From assembly GCA_036444275.1 (NCBI GenBank), contig JAZGAD010000033.1, positions 1-64,000 on the forward strand: a stretch of 64,000 nucleotides of DNA. The letters are read 5' to 3'. This DNA is from Candidatus Hydrothermarchaeales archaeon (GTDB lineage Archaea > Hydrothermarchaeota > Hydrothermarchaeia > Hydrothermarchaeales > JAZGAD01). A model generated the notes under the pieces. It had not been told where the DNA came from, searched no databases, and saw only the letters and a program-made list of their open reading frames with translations. Made by a program: the position numbers and the translations under genes. Below are positions 18,337-28,819 of the stretch, one piece after another (position 1 is the stretch's first letter; every line of letters starts with the position of its first letter).

Positions 18337-19614
18337 ATGCACGAAAGATATGCTCTTCAGGTGAGAGATGCCTTAAAGAAACACCATTCTTGGATGAGGG
18401 AATGCCTCCCTATGATCGCCAGCGAAAACATAACAAGCACTTTAGTTAGAGAAGCAACTGCCAGCGATTTTGGACACCGCTATGCCGAGGGACCACCTGG
18501 CAATAGGTTCTACCAAGGCTGCAAGTATATAGACGAGGTCGAGGAGCTGGCCGTGAAGCTGGCTAAGAAGCTCTTCGAGGCACCCTATGCCAATGTGCAG
18601 CCTACCTCGGGTGTAGTGGCGAATCTCGCTGCCTACTATGCTCTCGCTTCTCCAGGCGACGTGATGATGTCCCTCAAGATACCTCACGGCGGCCACATAA
18701 GCCATGCTGAGATAAGTGCTGCTGGAGTGAGAGGACTAAGGGTAAAGACATTCCCCTTTAATGCACAGGAGATGAACATTGACGTTGATGAGAGCATACA
18801 GAAGATCTTGAAGATTCGGCCTAAACTCATGCTCTTCGGGGGAAGCGTCTTTCTATTTCCACATCCAGTAAAGGAATTGCGCACAGTAGCTGACGAGGTT
18901 GGAGCTACAGTGCTCTATGATGCTGCACACGTCCTTGGACTAATAGCCGGGAAGCGATTCCAACAGCCTCTAAAGGAAGGGGCAGACGTTATGACCAGCT
19001 CAAGGCATAAGACCTTCCCAGGACCACAGGGAGGATTAATCCTGGCTAAAGAGGAATACGGGAAGGCGATAAACAGGGCGGTGTTCCCTGGCCTCGTATC
19101 AAATCATCATCTGCATCACCTAGCTGGACTTGCCATAGCTCTGGCTGAGATGCTGGAGTTCGGCGAGGCCTATGCTGATCAGATTATAAAGAATTCTAAG
19201 ACGCTTGCTCAAGCACTATATGAACTCGGCTTTGACGTCTTATGCGCAGACAAGGGATTTACGGAATCCCACCAAGTACTGGTAGATGTCTCGAAGAACG
19301 GGGGAGGCACCTTCGCCGCAACCACCTTGGAGAGAGCTAATATAATCGTGAATAAGAACCTCCTACCCTGGGATGACCTAGAGAAAACCAAGGACCCGTC
19401 CGGTTTACGGCTTGGCACCCAGGAGCTGACCCACTTGGGTATGAGGGAGAATGAAATGAAGGAGATCGCAGTATTCTTCAAACGCCTCATAATGGACAGG
19501 GAGCCCGAGGAAAAAGTTAAAAAAGACATAATAGAATTTAAAAAGGGCTTCAATGAGGTAGAGTTCAGCTTCGATCAGGGAAACGCCTACGAATACTTTG
19601 AATTCTTTAAGTAA
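18337..19614 (+). CDS. glyA: Serine hydroxymethyltransferase (archaeal type)
   Basis: IASEN, RYAEG, GGHISH, DAAH, HKTFPGPQGG, SGLRLGT. Confidence 0.95.
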   Translation: MHERYALQVRDALKKHHSWMRECLPMIASENITSTLVREATASDFGHRYAEGPPGNRFYQGCKYIDEVEELAVKLAKKLFEAPYANVQPTSGVVANLAAYYALASPGDVMMSLKIPHGGHISHAEISAAGVRGLRVKTFPFNAQEMNIDVDESIQKILKIRPKLMLFGGSVFLFPHPVKELRTVADEVGATVLYDAAHVLGLIAGKRFQQPLKEGADVMTSSRHKTFPGPQGGLILAKEEYGKAINRAVFPGLVSNHHLHHLAGLAIALAEMLEFGEAYADQIIKNSKTLAQALYELGFDVLCADKGFTESHQVLVDVSKNGGGTFAATTLERANIIVNKNLLPWDDLEKTKDPSGLRLGTQELTHLGMRENEMKEIAVFFKRLIMDREPEEKVKKDIIEFKKGFNEVEFSFDQGNAYEYFEFFK

Positions 19615-19647
19615 CCTATAAGATAGCCCTTACCAAGGTGATAGAAA

Positions 19648-21093
19648 GTGAAGTTAGTGGTCTTCGACCTAGACAGTACCCTGATAGACGGGGAATCCCT
19701 TGATAAATTCGGGAAGCTGGTGAAGAAGGGCAAGAAGATCTCTGAGATTACTAAGAAAGCCATGGTGGGCGAAATATCATTCGAGGAAGCCTTGAAGAAG
19801 AGAGCCAATCTCCTGAAGGGCCTTGAAATCGAGAAGATTCACAAGGCTGCCAAGGATATACCTCTGATGAAAGGAGCCCATGAAGCTGTATCCGCTTTAA
19901 AGGAGCGGGGCATTAAGACCGCAGTGATAAGCGGGGGCTTTAGTATAGTGGCAGAAAGGGTGAAAGGGGAGCTGGGTCTAGACTATGCGGTAGCTAATGA
20001 ATTTGTAGTCAATGACGGCAAGATCACTGGAGAGGTATCCGGCCCCCTCACAGAAGAGGGGTCTAAGGGGCAGGTCTTCGAGGAGATAGCAGCTGAAGCG
20101 GGGGTAACGCTGGAGGACTGCGTTGCCATAGGAGATGGAGCTAACGATGTTTCTATGCTGCAGAAGGCCGGCCTAGCCATAGCCTTTAATTCTAAACCCG
20201 TGCTCGACAAAGTGGCGGATGTTGTTATAAAGAAGAACGACCTGCGGGAGATCTTGCCCCATGTGCTAAGGCACAACGCTAAGGACATGGTTCAGGAGCT
20301 GAAAGAAGTAGAGCAAGAGATTGCGAGGCTCAAAGAGGCGTTATCAGCCAAGAAACTATCTCTAACGGAGCTTTCTAGAAAGAGGAAGGAGCTGATAGAC
20401 TCTATCAAGTTCAAGAACGCAGATGCAAATAAGCTCAAGAAGCAGAGGGATGAGCTGAATGCCAGGGTCCAAGTCCATAAGAAGGAACGAGAGACTGCTA
20501 ATGCAAAGATAAAGGATCTAATATCCGAGTACAAAAAGCTCCAAGAGGGTGTTCCTAAGACTGACTTTAAGAATGCACAGAGACTGAAAAACTCCTTAGA
20601 ATGGAAGCTCCAGACCAGCGTGATGGAAATCAAGAAGGAAGATGAGTTGGTAGAGAAGATCGAAAAGCTGAATTCAGAGCTTGGAGACTATAAGGGGTTG
20701 ATAGAGCTCTCTGATAGAATAGACGAGCATAGGAAGACCTCTACGAAGGTCCATGATGCTATCATAACCCTCTCTACGGAGTCGCAGACCTATCACGAAA
20801 AATTCTTGGAGGCCGTGAGGAGTATCAAAGAACTGGAGCGCCAGATAGACCATGTTAATTTGGAAATGGATGCCGTAGGTGGAGAGCTGGATGAGTTAGG
20901 TGGAAAGCTTAATGCTAGGATAAAGAGATCCAAGGTACTGGAAATGGATCTAAAGCTTGTGGAATCCAAGGCCCATGGAAAGAGCGACAGAGAATTACGA
21001 GAGCATGCCCGATTGATATATGAGCGTTTCCAAAAGGGGGAAAAGCTCAGCCTAGGGGATATTTACTTGCTGAGAAGATTCAACTTGGTGTGA
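19648..21093 (+). CDS. serB: Phosphoserine phosphatase fused to archaeal coiled-coil domain
   Basis: FDLDSTL, SGGF, GDGAND HAD motifs; C-terminal coiled coil ending F..GEKLSL.D. Confidence 0.9.
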   Translation: MKLVVFDLDSTLIDGESLDKFGKLVKKGKKISEITKKAMVGEISFEEALKKRANLLKGLEIEKIHKAAKDIPLMKGAHEAVSALKERGIKTAVISGGFSIVAERVKGELGLDYAVANEFVVNDGKITGEVSGPLTEEGSKGQVFEEIAAEAGVTLEDCVAIGDGANDVSMLQKAGLAIAFNSKPVLDKVADVVIKKNDLREILPHVLRHNAKDMVQELKEVEQEIARLKEALSAKKLSLTELSRKRKELIDSIKFKNADANKLKKQRDELNARVQVHKKERETANAKIKDLISEYKKLQEGVPKTDFKNAQRLKNSLEWKLQTSVMEIKKEDELVEKIEKLNSELGDYKGLIELSDRIDEHRKTSTKVHDAIITLSTESQTYHEKFLEAVRSIKELERQIDHVNLEMDAVGGELDELGGKLNARIKRSKVLEMDLKLVESKAHGKSDRELREHARLIYERFQKGEKLSLGDIYLLRRFNLV

Positions 21094-21153
21094 TTAAAGA
21101 TTAAAGATAAGGTTTTTAAGCAGATTTATTCATAAATCCTCTAGGTACTTCGC

Positions 21154-22221
21154 ATGGAATACGAGAGGATTCTGGTGGTATGCGTAGATAGGGATGCCGA
21201 TATCTACAGGAAGGCAGGGGAGAGGGGACCAGTTATTGGTCGAAACAATCTTCTGGATACAGCAGTAAAACTGGGCCTAGCTGATCCTACGGAAGCTGAC
21301 ACCAACGCCCTCTTTGAGACCATAAAAATCGGCGACGAGCTGAAGAGGAAGGGGAAAGAAGTCGAGGTTACTGTCCTTGTAGGTGATAAAGATGTGGGTA
21401 TTACATCTGATATGGAACTCTCCAAGCAGCTGAGTGAGGTGTTAGAGAAATTTGAAGCAGACGGTGTGATACTCGTTACCGATGGAGCTGAAGACGAGCA
21501 TATTCTGCCTATCATCCAATCCAAAGCAAAAGTGATATCCCTGAAGCGCGTGGTAGTGAGGCAGAGTGAGCACCTGGAGAGCACATACTATATTATTAAA
21601 GATTTCTTGAAAGAGATTGTGAGCGACCCCAAGTTATCTAGGCTCGCCATAGGACTGCCGGGAGTTGCAGCTATCCTGTACATGCTCTTCGGGCAACATG
21701 GATGGAGGCTTATAATAGGGGTGATAGGGGTGTTCCTCTTAGTAAAGGGCTTCGGCCTTGAGGATACCCTCCAAAAGGGCTATGATGAGATAAAGGCATC
21801 CTTCATCGCCGGTAGGATAAGCTTTTTTACCTACGTGGTGGCAGTGCTTATAGGCACCGTTGGCTTGATTGTGGGCTACACCGAGGTTGCTAGAAGGGCA
21901 GTGCCCTATAGCGCTTTATTAACAGCAGGACCCATCTTCCTATCAGAATCCGTAGACCTGCTTATGCTTGCCGCCATAATTGCATTGATAGGTAAGAGCA
22001 TAGATTCCATTGTGGAGCAGAGGGGTGTATGGAGGTACTTCCTCCTTATCGTATTCGTTGTAGCGCTACGCTTAATAGTCGACGCGGTAAGTCTATTCCT
22101 ACTGGGCGAGATAAGCATGACAAAATTCGCGGTATCCATACTCCTAGGGCTCATACTTTCCATATTTTCTTTCTCATCTATAATGGCGGTTCGAAGACCA
22201 TTGGAAGCTGAAGGAAGCTAA
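21154..22221 (+). CDS. DUF373-family membrane protein
   Basis: LVVCVDRD.D, VTDGAEDE, VVRQS..LESTYY; C-terminal TMs. Confidence 0.85.
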   Translation: MEYERILVVCVDRDADIYRKAGERGPVIGRNNLLDTAVKLGLADPTEADTNALFETIKIGDELKRKGKEVEVTVLVGDKDVGITSDMELSKQLSEVLEKFEADGVILVTDGAEDEHILPIIQSKAKVISLKRVVVRQSEHLESTYYIIKDFLKEIVSDPKLSRLAIGLPGVAAILYMLFGQHGWRLIIGVIGVFLLVKGFGLEDTLQKGYDEIKASFIAGRISFFTYVVAVLIGTVGLIVGYTEVARRAVPYSALLTAGPIFLSESVDLLMLAAIIALIGKSIDSIVEQRGVWRYFLLIVFVVALRLIVDAVSLFLLGEISMTKFAVSILLGLILSIFSFSSIMAVRRPLEAEGS

Positions 22222-22390
22222 AGGCTCTTTTTAGTTCATTAGTTCAGTGTATGAGGCATAGATTTAGCATCTATTCACCATTATGCTTATAACTTCCAAG
22301 GGCATATTTCATATTGCTTGTTCGAGAGACTGGGCGAAAAAGAATTAAACTATAACTTGCTGACGCAGGTGTATCTCTGAGGCGGTCTTA

Positions 22391-23728
22391 ATGGAATCTG
22401 AACTAGAGGGTTTAAAGGAGCTAATCGAAAGGGCGGATTATCAGAGGCTTAGAGAAAAAGTTAAGGCAATCCATCCCCACGATCTCGCGGAATTGTTAGA
22501 GCAGCTGAAGCCAGAGGAAAGGAACCGCACGCTGGTGAATCTGGAGCATGCTGTAGTGATAGATCTCCTGCCTGAATTACCAGAAGAGATGCAGTTGGAG
22601 TATGTAAAGGTTCTTCCCCCAAAGCAAGCAGCTGAACTCCTCGCAAGTGTACCCCCGGATGATATGACAGATGTTCTAGGCGACCTTTCCCTTGAGACGC
22701 GGAGAAAGATCGTGGATTATTTCACCAAGGAGAAGACCAAAGAAGCAAGGGATCTCCTTAAGCATCGGGAGGATACTGCAGGTGGCCTCATGACCACACA
22801 AGTCATGGCACTACCCAGCGACCTTACTTGCGCAGAAGCTGAGGACAATATCCGGGACAAAGCCAAGGAATACGAGACAGTATACTATATCTATGTACTG
22901 GAAGGCCAGAAGCTCGTAGGTGTGCTCTCCCTCCGCGAATTAGTGCTAGCTGATCCTACTACAAAACTCAGGGATGCCATGAGTCCAGAGGTAATAAAGG
23001 TACTGCCCAGCCTCGACCAAGAGGAAGTCGCTCGTATCATAGCAGACTACGACCTCCTAGCAATACCGGTGGTGGACCCGAAGGATAGGCTTTTAGGTAT
23101 AGTCACAGTAGACGATGTGATAGATGTCATAGACGAAGAGACAACTGAGGATTTAGCTCATTTCTCAGGCACGCCTGTGCAGATGGATAAACTTATAGAT
23201 GCCCCTATTTTTACTGTAGTAAAGGCCCGGTTGCCATGGTTACTTGTCACCCTAGTCGGTGGTCTATTAGCCGGCACGATAATTGGACTATTCAAAGAAA
23301 CCATAGCCACCATTATAACCCTCGCCGTCTTCATACCGATCATAATGGATATGGGCGGTAATGTTGGAGCACAATCCTCCACAATCTTCATTCGCGGGAT
23401 TGCCACTAAAGAGGTAGGAGACATTATGGATTATTTTCTACGAGAGATAAAGATAGGCATCTTGATGGGCTTAGCAACTGGTATCGGGGTCGGGATAGCT
23501 GCCTTCCTCTGGCAGAAGACATTGATGCTGGGCGTCGTAGTAGGTGCAGCCATGTTCTTCGCGGTATCCGTAGCATCGACTATGGGGGTACTCGCCCCAA
23601 CCCTATTCACTCACTTAAAACTCGATCCAGCGATTACCGCCGGACCCTTGATCACCACGGCAACAGACATAACTGGACTGATCATATATTTCAGTTTGGC
23701 AACGATGTTGCTTCATTATTTAGTCTAA
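22391..23728 (+). CDS. mgtE: Magnesium transporter MgtE
   Basis: TAGGLMT, CBS pair, RLPWL, GGNVGAQ, DPA..AGPLITT.TD. Confidence 0.95.
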   Translation: MESELEGLKELIERADYQRLREKVKAIHPHDLAELLEQLKPEERNRTLVNLEHAVVIDLLPELPEEMQLEYVKVLPPKQAAELLASVPPDDMTDVLGDLSLETRRKIVDYFTKEKTKEARDLLKHREDTAGGLMTTQVMALPSDLTCAEAEDNIRDKAKEYETVYYIYVLEGQKLVGVLSLRELVLADPTTKLRDAMSPEVIKVLPSLDQEEVARIIADYDLLAIPVVDPKDRLLGIVTVDDVIDVIDEETTEDLAHFSGTPVQMDKLIDAPIFTVVKARLPWLLVTLVGGLLAGTIIGLFKETIATIITLAVFIPIIMDMGGNVGAQSSTIFIRGIATKEVGDIMDYFLREIKIGILMGLATGIGVGIAAFLWQKTLMLGVVVGAAMFFAVSVASTMGVLAPTLFTHLKLDPAITAGPLITTATDITGLIIYFSLATMLLHYLV

Positions 23729-23735
23729 TGGTGGT

Positions 23736-24509
23736 TTGATGATTGCCATAATCGGCGGCACCGGCATCTATGATCCCAAGCTTTTTGGGGATGTAGAAGC
23801 TAAGACTGTAGAGACTCCATATGGGTCTGTTGAAGTATACTTAGGGGAGGTATACGGGCGAGAAGCAGCTTTTCTATCCAGACATGGCAGCGGGCGGCAT
23901 GCTTTACCACCTCATAAGATAAATTATCGGGCCAATATCTATGCCCTCAAAGCATTAAACGTAGAGAGGATAATATCAATGAATTCCGTTGGAACGATAA
24001 ATAGGAACCTAGCACCAGGGAATGCGGTAGTTCCAAATGACTTTATAGATATCACAAAGGGTAGGGAGGGAACATTCTATGATACAGAGGTGGTCCATGT
24101 GGATCTCTCCAATCCATACTGCCCAGAGCTACGGAAGGTCCTACTAGAAGCTACTGAAGAAGTAAAAGGCAAGGTCTTCGATGGAGGCGTCTATGCATGC
24201 ACACAAGGCCCTAGGTTCGAGACACCGGCAGAGATAAGGATGCTGGCCGCTTGGGGCTGCGACCTAGTGGGCATGACTGGGCTGCCGGAAGCCGTTTTAG
24301 CAAGGGAGCAGGAGATGTGCTTTGCATCCCTATGTACAGTGACAAACTACGCTGCAGGCATTGCCGAGAAGTTAACGGCAAGCGAAGTCAAGGAAGTCGT
24401 CGAGAAAAGCTTGGAGGATACGAAGAGTATAATACGCGGTGCAGTAAAGAGGATTCCCGAGGAAAGAGGTTGCACCTGTGGGGAAACGCTTAAAGAAGCG
24501 AGGATGTAG
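23736..24509 (+). CDS. mtnP: 5'-methylthioadenosine/inosine phosphorylase
   Basis: IIGGTG, RHG, INYRANI, GPRFETPAE, VGMT. Confidence 0.88.
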   Translation: MMIAIIGGTGIYDPKLFGDVEAKTVETPYGSVEVYLGEVYGREAAFLSRHGSGRHALPPHKINYRANIYALKALNVERIISMNSVGTINRNLAPGNAVVPNDFIDITKGREGTFYDTEVVHVDLSNPYCPELRKVLLEATEEVKGKVFDGGVYACTQGPRFETPAEIRMLAAWGCDLVGMTGLPEAVLAREQEMCFASLCTVTNYAAGIAEKLTASEVKEVVEKSLEDTKSIIRGAVKRIPEERGCTCGETLKEARM

Positions 24510-24565
24510 CAGGGAAACTAAAGTTCGAATCTTTATTTTACGTTTGATTTATTTGAGGCATTGTT

Positions 24566-25039
24566 ATGGAGATCTTCTTCTTAAGACGCAAAAAAGCAGT
24601 TGGAAAGGAATTCCTGGAGAGATATAGTGACCTCCAAGTGCTGGATTCTAGGTATATCGCTGGGAGAGAGCACATTGAGTTCGCTTTAAACCAAGCTGAA
24701 AAGGCCTTCGAGGAAGGGACAAACATAAGCAAGAAGCTATTTGTGGAGATCTTGGTGAGGGCCTCGTGCCAGAGGCAGATCAAGAAGGCATTAGCGCTCT
24801 TCAGCCTAGGCTCGCGAGAGATAGTGGTGATATGTAAAGAGCTTCCAGAGGAATTATCTCGCTATGGGTGTCAGGAATTAGCGGAAGAGGTCTTTGAGGA
24901 TAAATACGAGGGGATAAAGGAGGCCTTTGAAATCACTGAGACAGAAATCCTAGCTGTGTCTGGAGAAGCCTTTCACGATAGAGTTAACGCCCTGAAGGAG
25001 ATAATAAAGGAGAGAGTCGCACTAGTTGCAATAGGTTAA
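24566..25039 (+). CDS. cgi121: KEOPS subunit Cgi121
   Basis: H..FA..QA.KAF..G.NIS....EIL..AS.QRQI..AL; ERVAL terminus. Confidence 0.88.
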   Translation: MEIFFLRRKKAVGKEFLERYSDLQVLDSRYIAGREHIEFALNQAEKAFEEGTNISKKLFVEILVRASCQRQIKKALALFSLGSREIVVICKELPEELSRYGCQELAEEVFEDKYEGIKEAFEITETEILAVSGEAFHDRVNALKEIIKERVALVAIG

Positions 25040-25096
25040 TGCATTGAAAGTACATAAAGAAACATATAAATATTACCACCGGTAATAAATTGGCTT

Positions 25097-25663
25097 ATGT
25101 ACCGTGTGCCTGAGTTTAGAGAGCTTCGAAACCTGAGGCTAAAGCTGGGGCTGACTCAGACAGAGCTGGCTAAGAGGGCTAAAATCAGCCAGCCACTGAT
25201 AGCAAGGATAGAAGCAGGGAACGTTGATCCTAGAACGTCGACCCTGAAAAAGATCCTCAATGTCCTGCAGGAGAACAAGCATGGGAAGGGTTTAACAGCG
25301 GCAGATGTAATGAAGGCACCAGTAGTTCATGCTAGGCCAGAGGATACAATAGGGCATGCTTCTAAACTCATGGAGAGCTATGGTATCTCACAGCTTCCTG
25401 TCCTTATGGAGGGAATACAAACAGGGAGTATTTCTGAGGCGAGGATAGTGGAGGAATTAACTAGAGAGAGGGACTACTCTAAGGTCTCCAGCAAAAATGT
25501 AGCGGAGTTGATGGGTGAGGGATTTCCAACAATCAGCCCCCATATGGACTTGGAGACCCTATCCCAACTGGTAGGGAGCTATCCTGCAGTACTCGTGGTT
25601 CAAAAAGGAAAGGTTATGGGTATAGTAACCAAGGCAGACCTCCTTAAACTTACTGAGGAATAG
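25097..25663 (+). CDS. XRE-HTH plus CBS-pair transcriptional regulator
   Basis: LTQTELAKRAKISQPLIARIE; two CBS domains. Confidence 0.9.
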   Translation: MYRVPEFRELRNLRLKLGLTQTELAKRAKISQPLIARIEAGNVDPRTSTLKKILNVLQENKHGKGLTAADVMKAPVVHARPEDTIGHASKLMESYGISQLPVLMEGIQTGSISEARIVEELTRERDYSKVSSKNVAELMGEGFPTISPHMDLETLSQLVGSYPAVLVVQKGKVMGIVTKADLLKLTEE

Positions 25664-25721
25664 AGTAGATTACTTTCTGCATACTAGGGCTATCTACTTA
25701 CTTATTCACTAATAACGCAAC

Positions 25722-26645
25722 TCAAAAGAAGTGTTCGATCGAGCGTTGGTTCTTGCTCAGTTTCTGCTGATGGGATATTATAAACTCGTGGAAGTGCTCT
25801 AGGTTCTTGAACTTCAGGCTTTTCACAGCCTTAAAATTCCAGTCTGTCGCAGTGATGCTAGCTACGCTATTCGCTACATTCGCTGCTTTTAAAGCATCTT
25901 CGGTTTTTGAATAGACAGAGAGAAAGGAACCAGCGAAGGCATCACCACAGCCTGTGAGGTCCGTAATCTTAGGCTGGATAACCGACGGTGCGAAGGTGAC
26001 CTCGCCTCCTTCGAGAATAACGCTGCCATATACCCCCATGGTGACGACTATCAGGTTGTGGTCTATCTTCTTCAATGCATTGAGGGCATGTTCAAAGCCC
26101 TTCGTACCTGTGAGCTTCAATGCCTCCCCGTCGTTTATAGTGAAGACATCCACCTTAGAGACAAGGTCTACAATATCCCTGCGGTATTTTGGTAGGTATC
26201 CTATATGTGTATTCAACGAGACCAATGCATAGGTCCTATTCCTGAGGTAGTCGACAAATGCCCTCTGCTTGCTAGCAGCCATTGGAGCGATATGGAAGGC
26301 ACTGGCCGAGAGATATTTCCTAGGTATGTCCTCAGGCCTTATATGAATGCCAACGTTCAACTGGTAGGTATCGTAGTGGGCAACTCCATCATCGCTATAT
26401 TCTATTGAGAAAACGGTGCTCTTTCCCCTGAGCTTCTTCAAGCCAAGAGTATCTATGGAGGACTTCCTAAGAATAGAGTAATACTCAGGCGGGAAATCCC
26501 TCCCTACTCTAGATACTATACCGGTTTCAGAGAATATCTTCGCAGCCATCGCAGAGTATATCGCAGCGCCTCCCAGCTGGGTACTTCTTTTACCCCGCAT
26601 CTTGACCTCGTCTATACTAGCGTGGCCTATGGCTACTACTTCCAT
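25722..26645 (-). CDS. PfkB-family carbohydrate/nucleoside kinase
   Basis: GGAAIYSA, VGRDF, DLTGCGDAFAG. Confidence 0.88.
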   Translation of the reverse strand: MEVVAIGHASIDEVKMRGKRSTQLGGAAIYSAMAAKIFSETGIVSRVGRDFPPEYYSILRKSSIDTLGLKKLRGKSTVFSIEYSDDGVAHYDTYQLNVGIHIRPEDIPRKYLSASAFHIAPMAASKQRAFVDYLRNRTYALVSLNTHIGYLPKYRRDIVDLVSKVDVFTINDGEALKLTGTKGFEHALNALKKIDHNLIVVTMGVYGSVILEGGEVTFAPSVIQPKITDLTGCGDAFAGSFLSVYSKTEDALKAANVANSVASITATDWNFKAVKSLKFKNLEHFHEFIISHQQKLSKNQRSIEHFF

Positions 26646-26798
26646 GGAGCCACTTCTTAAAGAATCAAGCTAAATATGTTTCTGGTTATGTCTGATAGAA
26701 GGGATGGAGAACCCTAGCAACGCACTTACGGCGCCTGCAACAGGAAGCATGCAGACAACAACGACAAATAGAAAGCCTCGAATTTTAGAAACGAGACA

Positions 26799-27617
26799 TC
26801 ATATTATGTGTTTTGGGCTCTTGACCACCAACACAGGTACTTCGGCGTGATCTATTATCCTACTGGTAACGTCCCCTAGAAGATATCTGCCCAGCCCCCA
26901 GGTAGCATGTGCGCCTACTACTAATAGGTCATAGTTGCCCGCGCTTGCCTCAGCAAAGATTTCGTCTTCCACTAGACCATATCTCAACTTTGCCTCTCCT
27001 GTTACGCCTAACTGCTTCAATATGGCTAATCCCTTTTTAAGGTGCTTTGTCTCTCTGGTTTCCTCTTCGAGGGACGTAGATAAGACCTGTTTTTCCTTCT
27101 CTTGTATATCCACCATAGGAATCTGGGATACGCAGTGCAAGATATTAACATCTGCTCCAGTAGCCTTGGCGATTCTACCACCGAATTTTATATCCTCTTC
27201 CCCGCGTTCACCTCCACCGGTGCATATCATGATATTTGAAACAGCACTAGGCTTCCCTCTTACTACTAAGACAGAGATCCTCGCATATTTGAGTATCTTG
27301 ACAGCAGTTTGGCCCAATAGGAACCTCTTAAGGCCGCGTCTGCCTATAGCGCCTATAATAATCAGATCATAGCCCTCTTCACTCTCTTTTACTATCTCCT
27401 CATCTGCGTATCCCTCCCTCATTTTGGTCTCTATCTTTAAATCCGTAAGGAGGTCCTCTGCCTGTTTAAGGGATTCCTCCACACCCGCTATATTCCTTGG
27501 TCTCTCTGCAACCCCAAGAATCGTTACCTCGGAGCCAAGACCCTTAGCTATGGGATACCCAAAGCGTATGGCATCCTCGGCTTGCTTCGAACCATCGGTG
27601 CAAATTAGTATCCGCAT
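26799..27617 (-). CDS. Tandem universal stress protein
   Basis: Two Usp domains (DGS; G..GR.GL..FLLG; PVLVV). Confidence 0.9.
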   Translation of the reverse strand: MRILICTDGSKQAEDAIRFGYPIAKGLGSEVTILGVAERPRNIAGVEESLKQAEDLLTDLKIETKMREGYADEEIVKESEEGYDLIIIGAIGRRGLKRFLLGQTAVKILKYARISVLVVRGKPSAVSNIMICTGGGERGEEDIKFGGRIAKATGADVNILHCVSQIPMVDIQEKEKQVLSTSLEEETRETKHLKKGLAILKQLGVTGEAKLRYGLVEDEIFAEASAGNYDLLVVGAHATWGLGRYLLGDVTSRIIDHAEVPVLVVKSPKHII

Positions 27618-27629
27618 CTTATCCTCCTT

Positions 27630-28673
27630 CTAGATCAGCAATAGACCAATAGGCACTAGGAAAGTAGCTATGAGGAATGCTGCTAGGTTTCTATTTGATC
27701 TGCTGATTATTAGTAGAGAATCAAGTATGAATCTTTCGTATGCGTGAAAAAAGAATGCTAGGACTACTGCTGAGACAACGGCTATACCAACTATCTCTGC
27801 TAATACGATGGTAAAGGCCGAGGGATTGGCCAGGAGAATAGCAATTACTAAGGTGTCGCTGAAGGTAGATATGTTAGCCCCCATTATGTAGGGCACGAGG
27901 TTCTCAACTTTGATGTAGCCCCTAACCGATAGGGGTACAAGCAAGCCTAGGGATATAGATACTGATGGGGTGATCATGGTAAGAATGAATCCCAAGGAAA
28001 ACATTACCCATGGCCGATAGATGTAGCGGGAAGTCTCCTTAAACCTAGTTTCCTTCAGTTTCACCTTGGGCAATGCACCATCGAACAACTTAAAGCTCGC
28101 TATTATAATTGCAAGTCCAAATAAGAAGACCAACCAGCTACCTAGCTTTTCAGCCAAGAAATCCACAATTGGATTGAAGAACACATCAATGGTTGAGGTT
28201 AGAAAAGCTGGAATGCCGAATTGCAGAAAGTCCAGGAGATCGTACCTCAATATGAAGATGCCTATCAAGATCGCTCCAAGGTATATGGTGTAGGTAACTA
28301 ATAGTGTGAGTATCCCTAGGGAGATGCTAGTGTGCCTCTCGTGGCCTCTCATATGGTAGATGAAGCCTATGAGGAGGATCGCGAAGGATACACCAAATCT
28401 AGCGCCATTTAACATGGCAAAGGCTTCCAGTTCAGTTAATACACCGCTGTCAAAAAATGCCAGAGCAGAGGCAGCAATAGGTGAGCCACTTAATATTAGG
28501 CTTGCTGACAGCCAGCCAAAGCCTAGGGTATTAAGGGGATTATCTAGGTTGAAGGCATATTTTAAGGTATAACCGAGATCGCTAGCACCCTCCTCCATCG
28601 CTTGAATTGCCAAGATAAATAGAAAGACAGCTACAGAGAATAGAAAAGCCCTCCTTGGATTAATATCTATCAT
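27630..28673 (-). CDS. Na+/phosphate symporter-like membrane protein
   Basis: About 10 TMs; SGSP and YIMGANIST repeats of the Na/Pi cotransporter fold. Confidence 0.7.
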   Translation of the reverse strand: MIDINPRRAFLFSVAVFLFILAIQAMEEGASDLGYTLKYAFNLDNPLNTLGFGWLSASLILSGSPIAASALAFFDSGVLTELEAFAMLNGARFGVSFAILLIGFIYHMRGHERHTSISLGILTLLVTYTIYLGAILIGIFILRYDLLDFLQFGIPAFLTSTIDVFFNPIVDFLAEKLGSWLVFLFGLAIIIASFKLFDGALPKVKLKETRFKETSRYIYRPWVMFSLGFILTMITPSVSISLGLLVPLSVRGYIKVENLVPYIMGANISTFSDTLVIAILLANPSAFTIVLAEIVGIAVVSAVVLAFFFHAYERFILDSLLIISRSNRNLAAFLIATFLVPIGLLLI

Positions 28674-28819
28674 CCATGTATCTCTCCGTCCTTTTTTTAA
28701 GGCATTTTACTCATATCCTATCGATAGAATTTAATTTCCAAATACAGAATAAGTCTAGCGGTGCATGTAACCTACCTACGACCTAAACGTTTTTAAATTT
28801 TAGCCTATTATCAGATTCT

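Noticed and set aside
19648-21093. SerB-coiled-coil fusion as a novelty
   Set aside because: This fusion type is already known from methanogen-related archaea.
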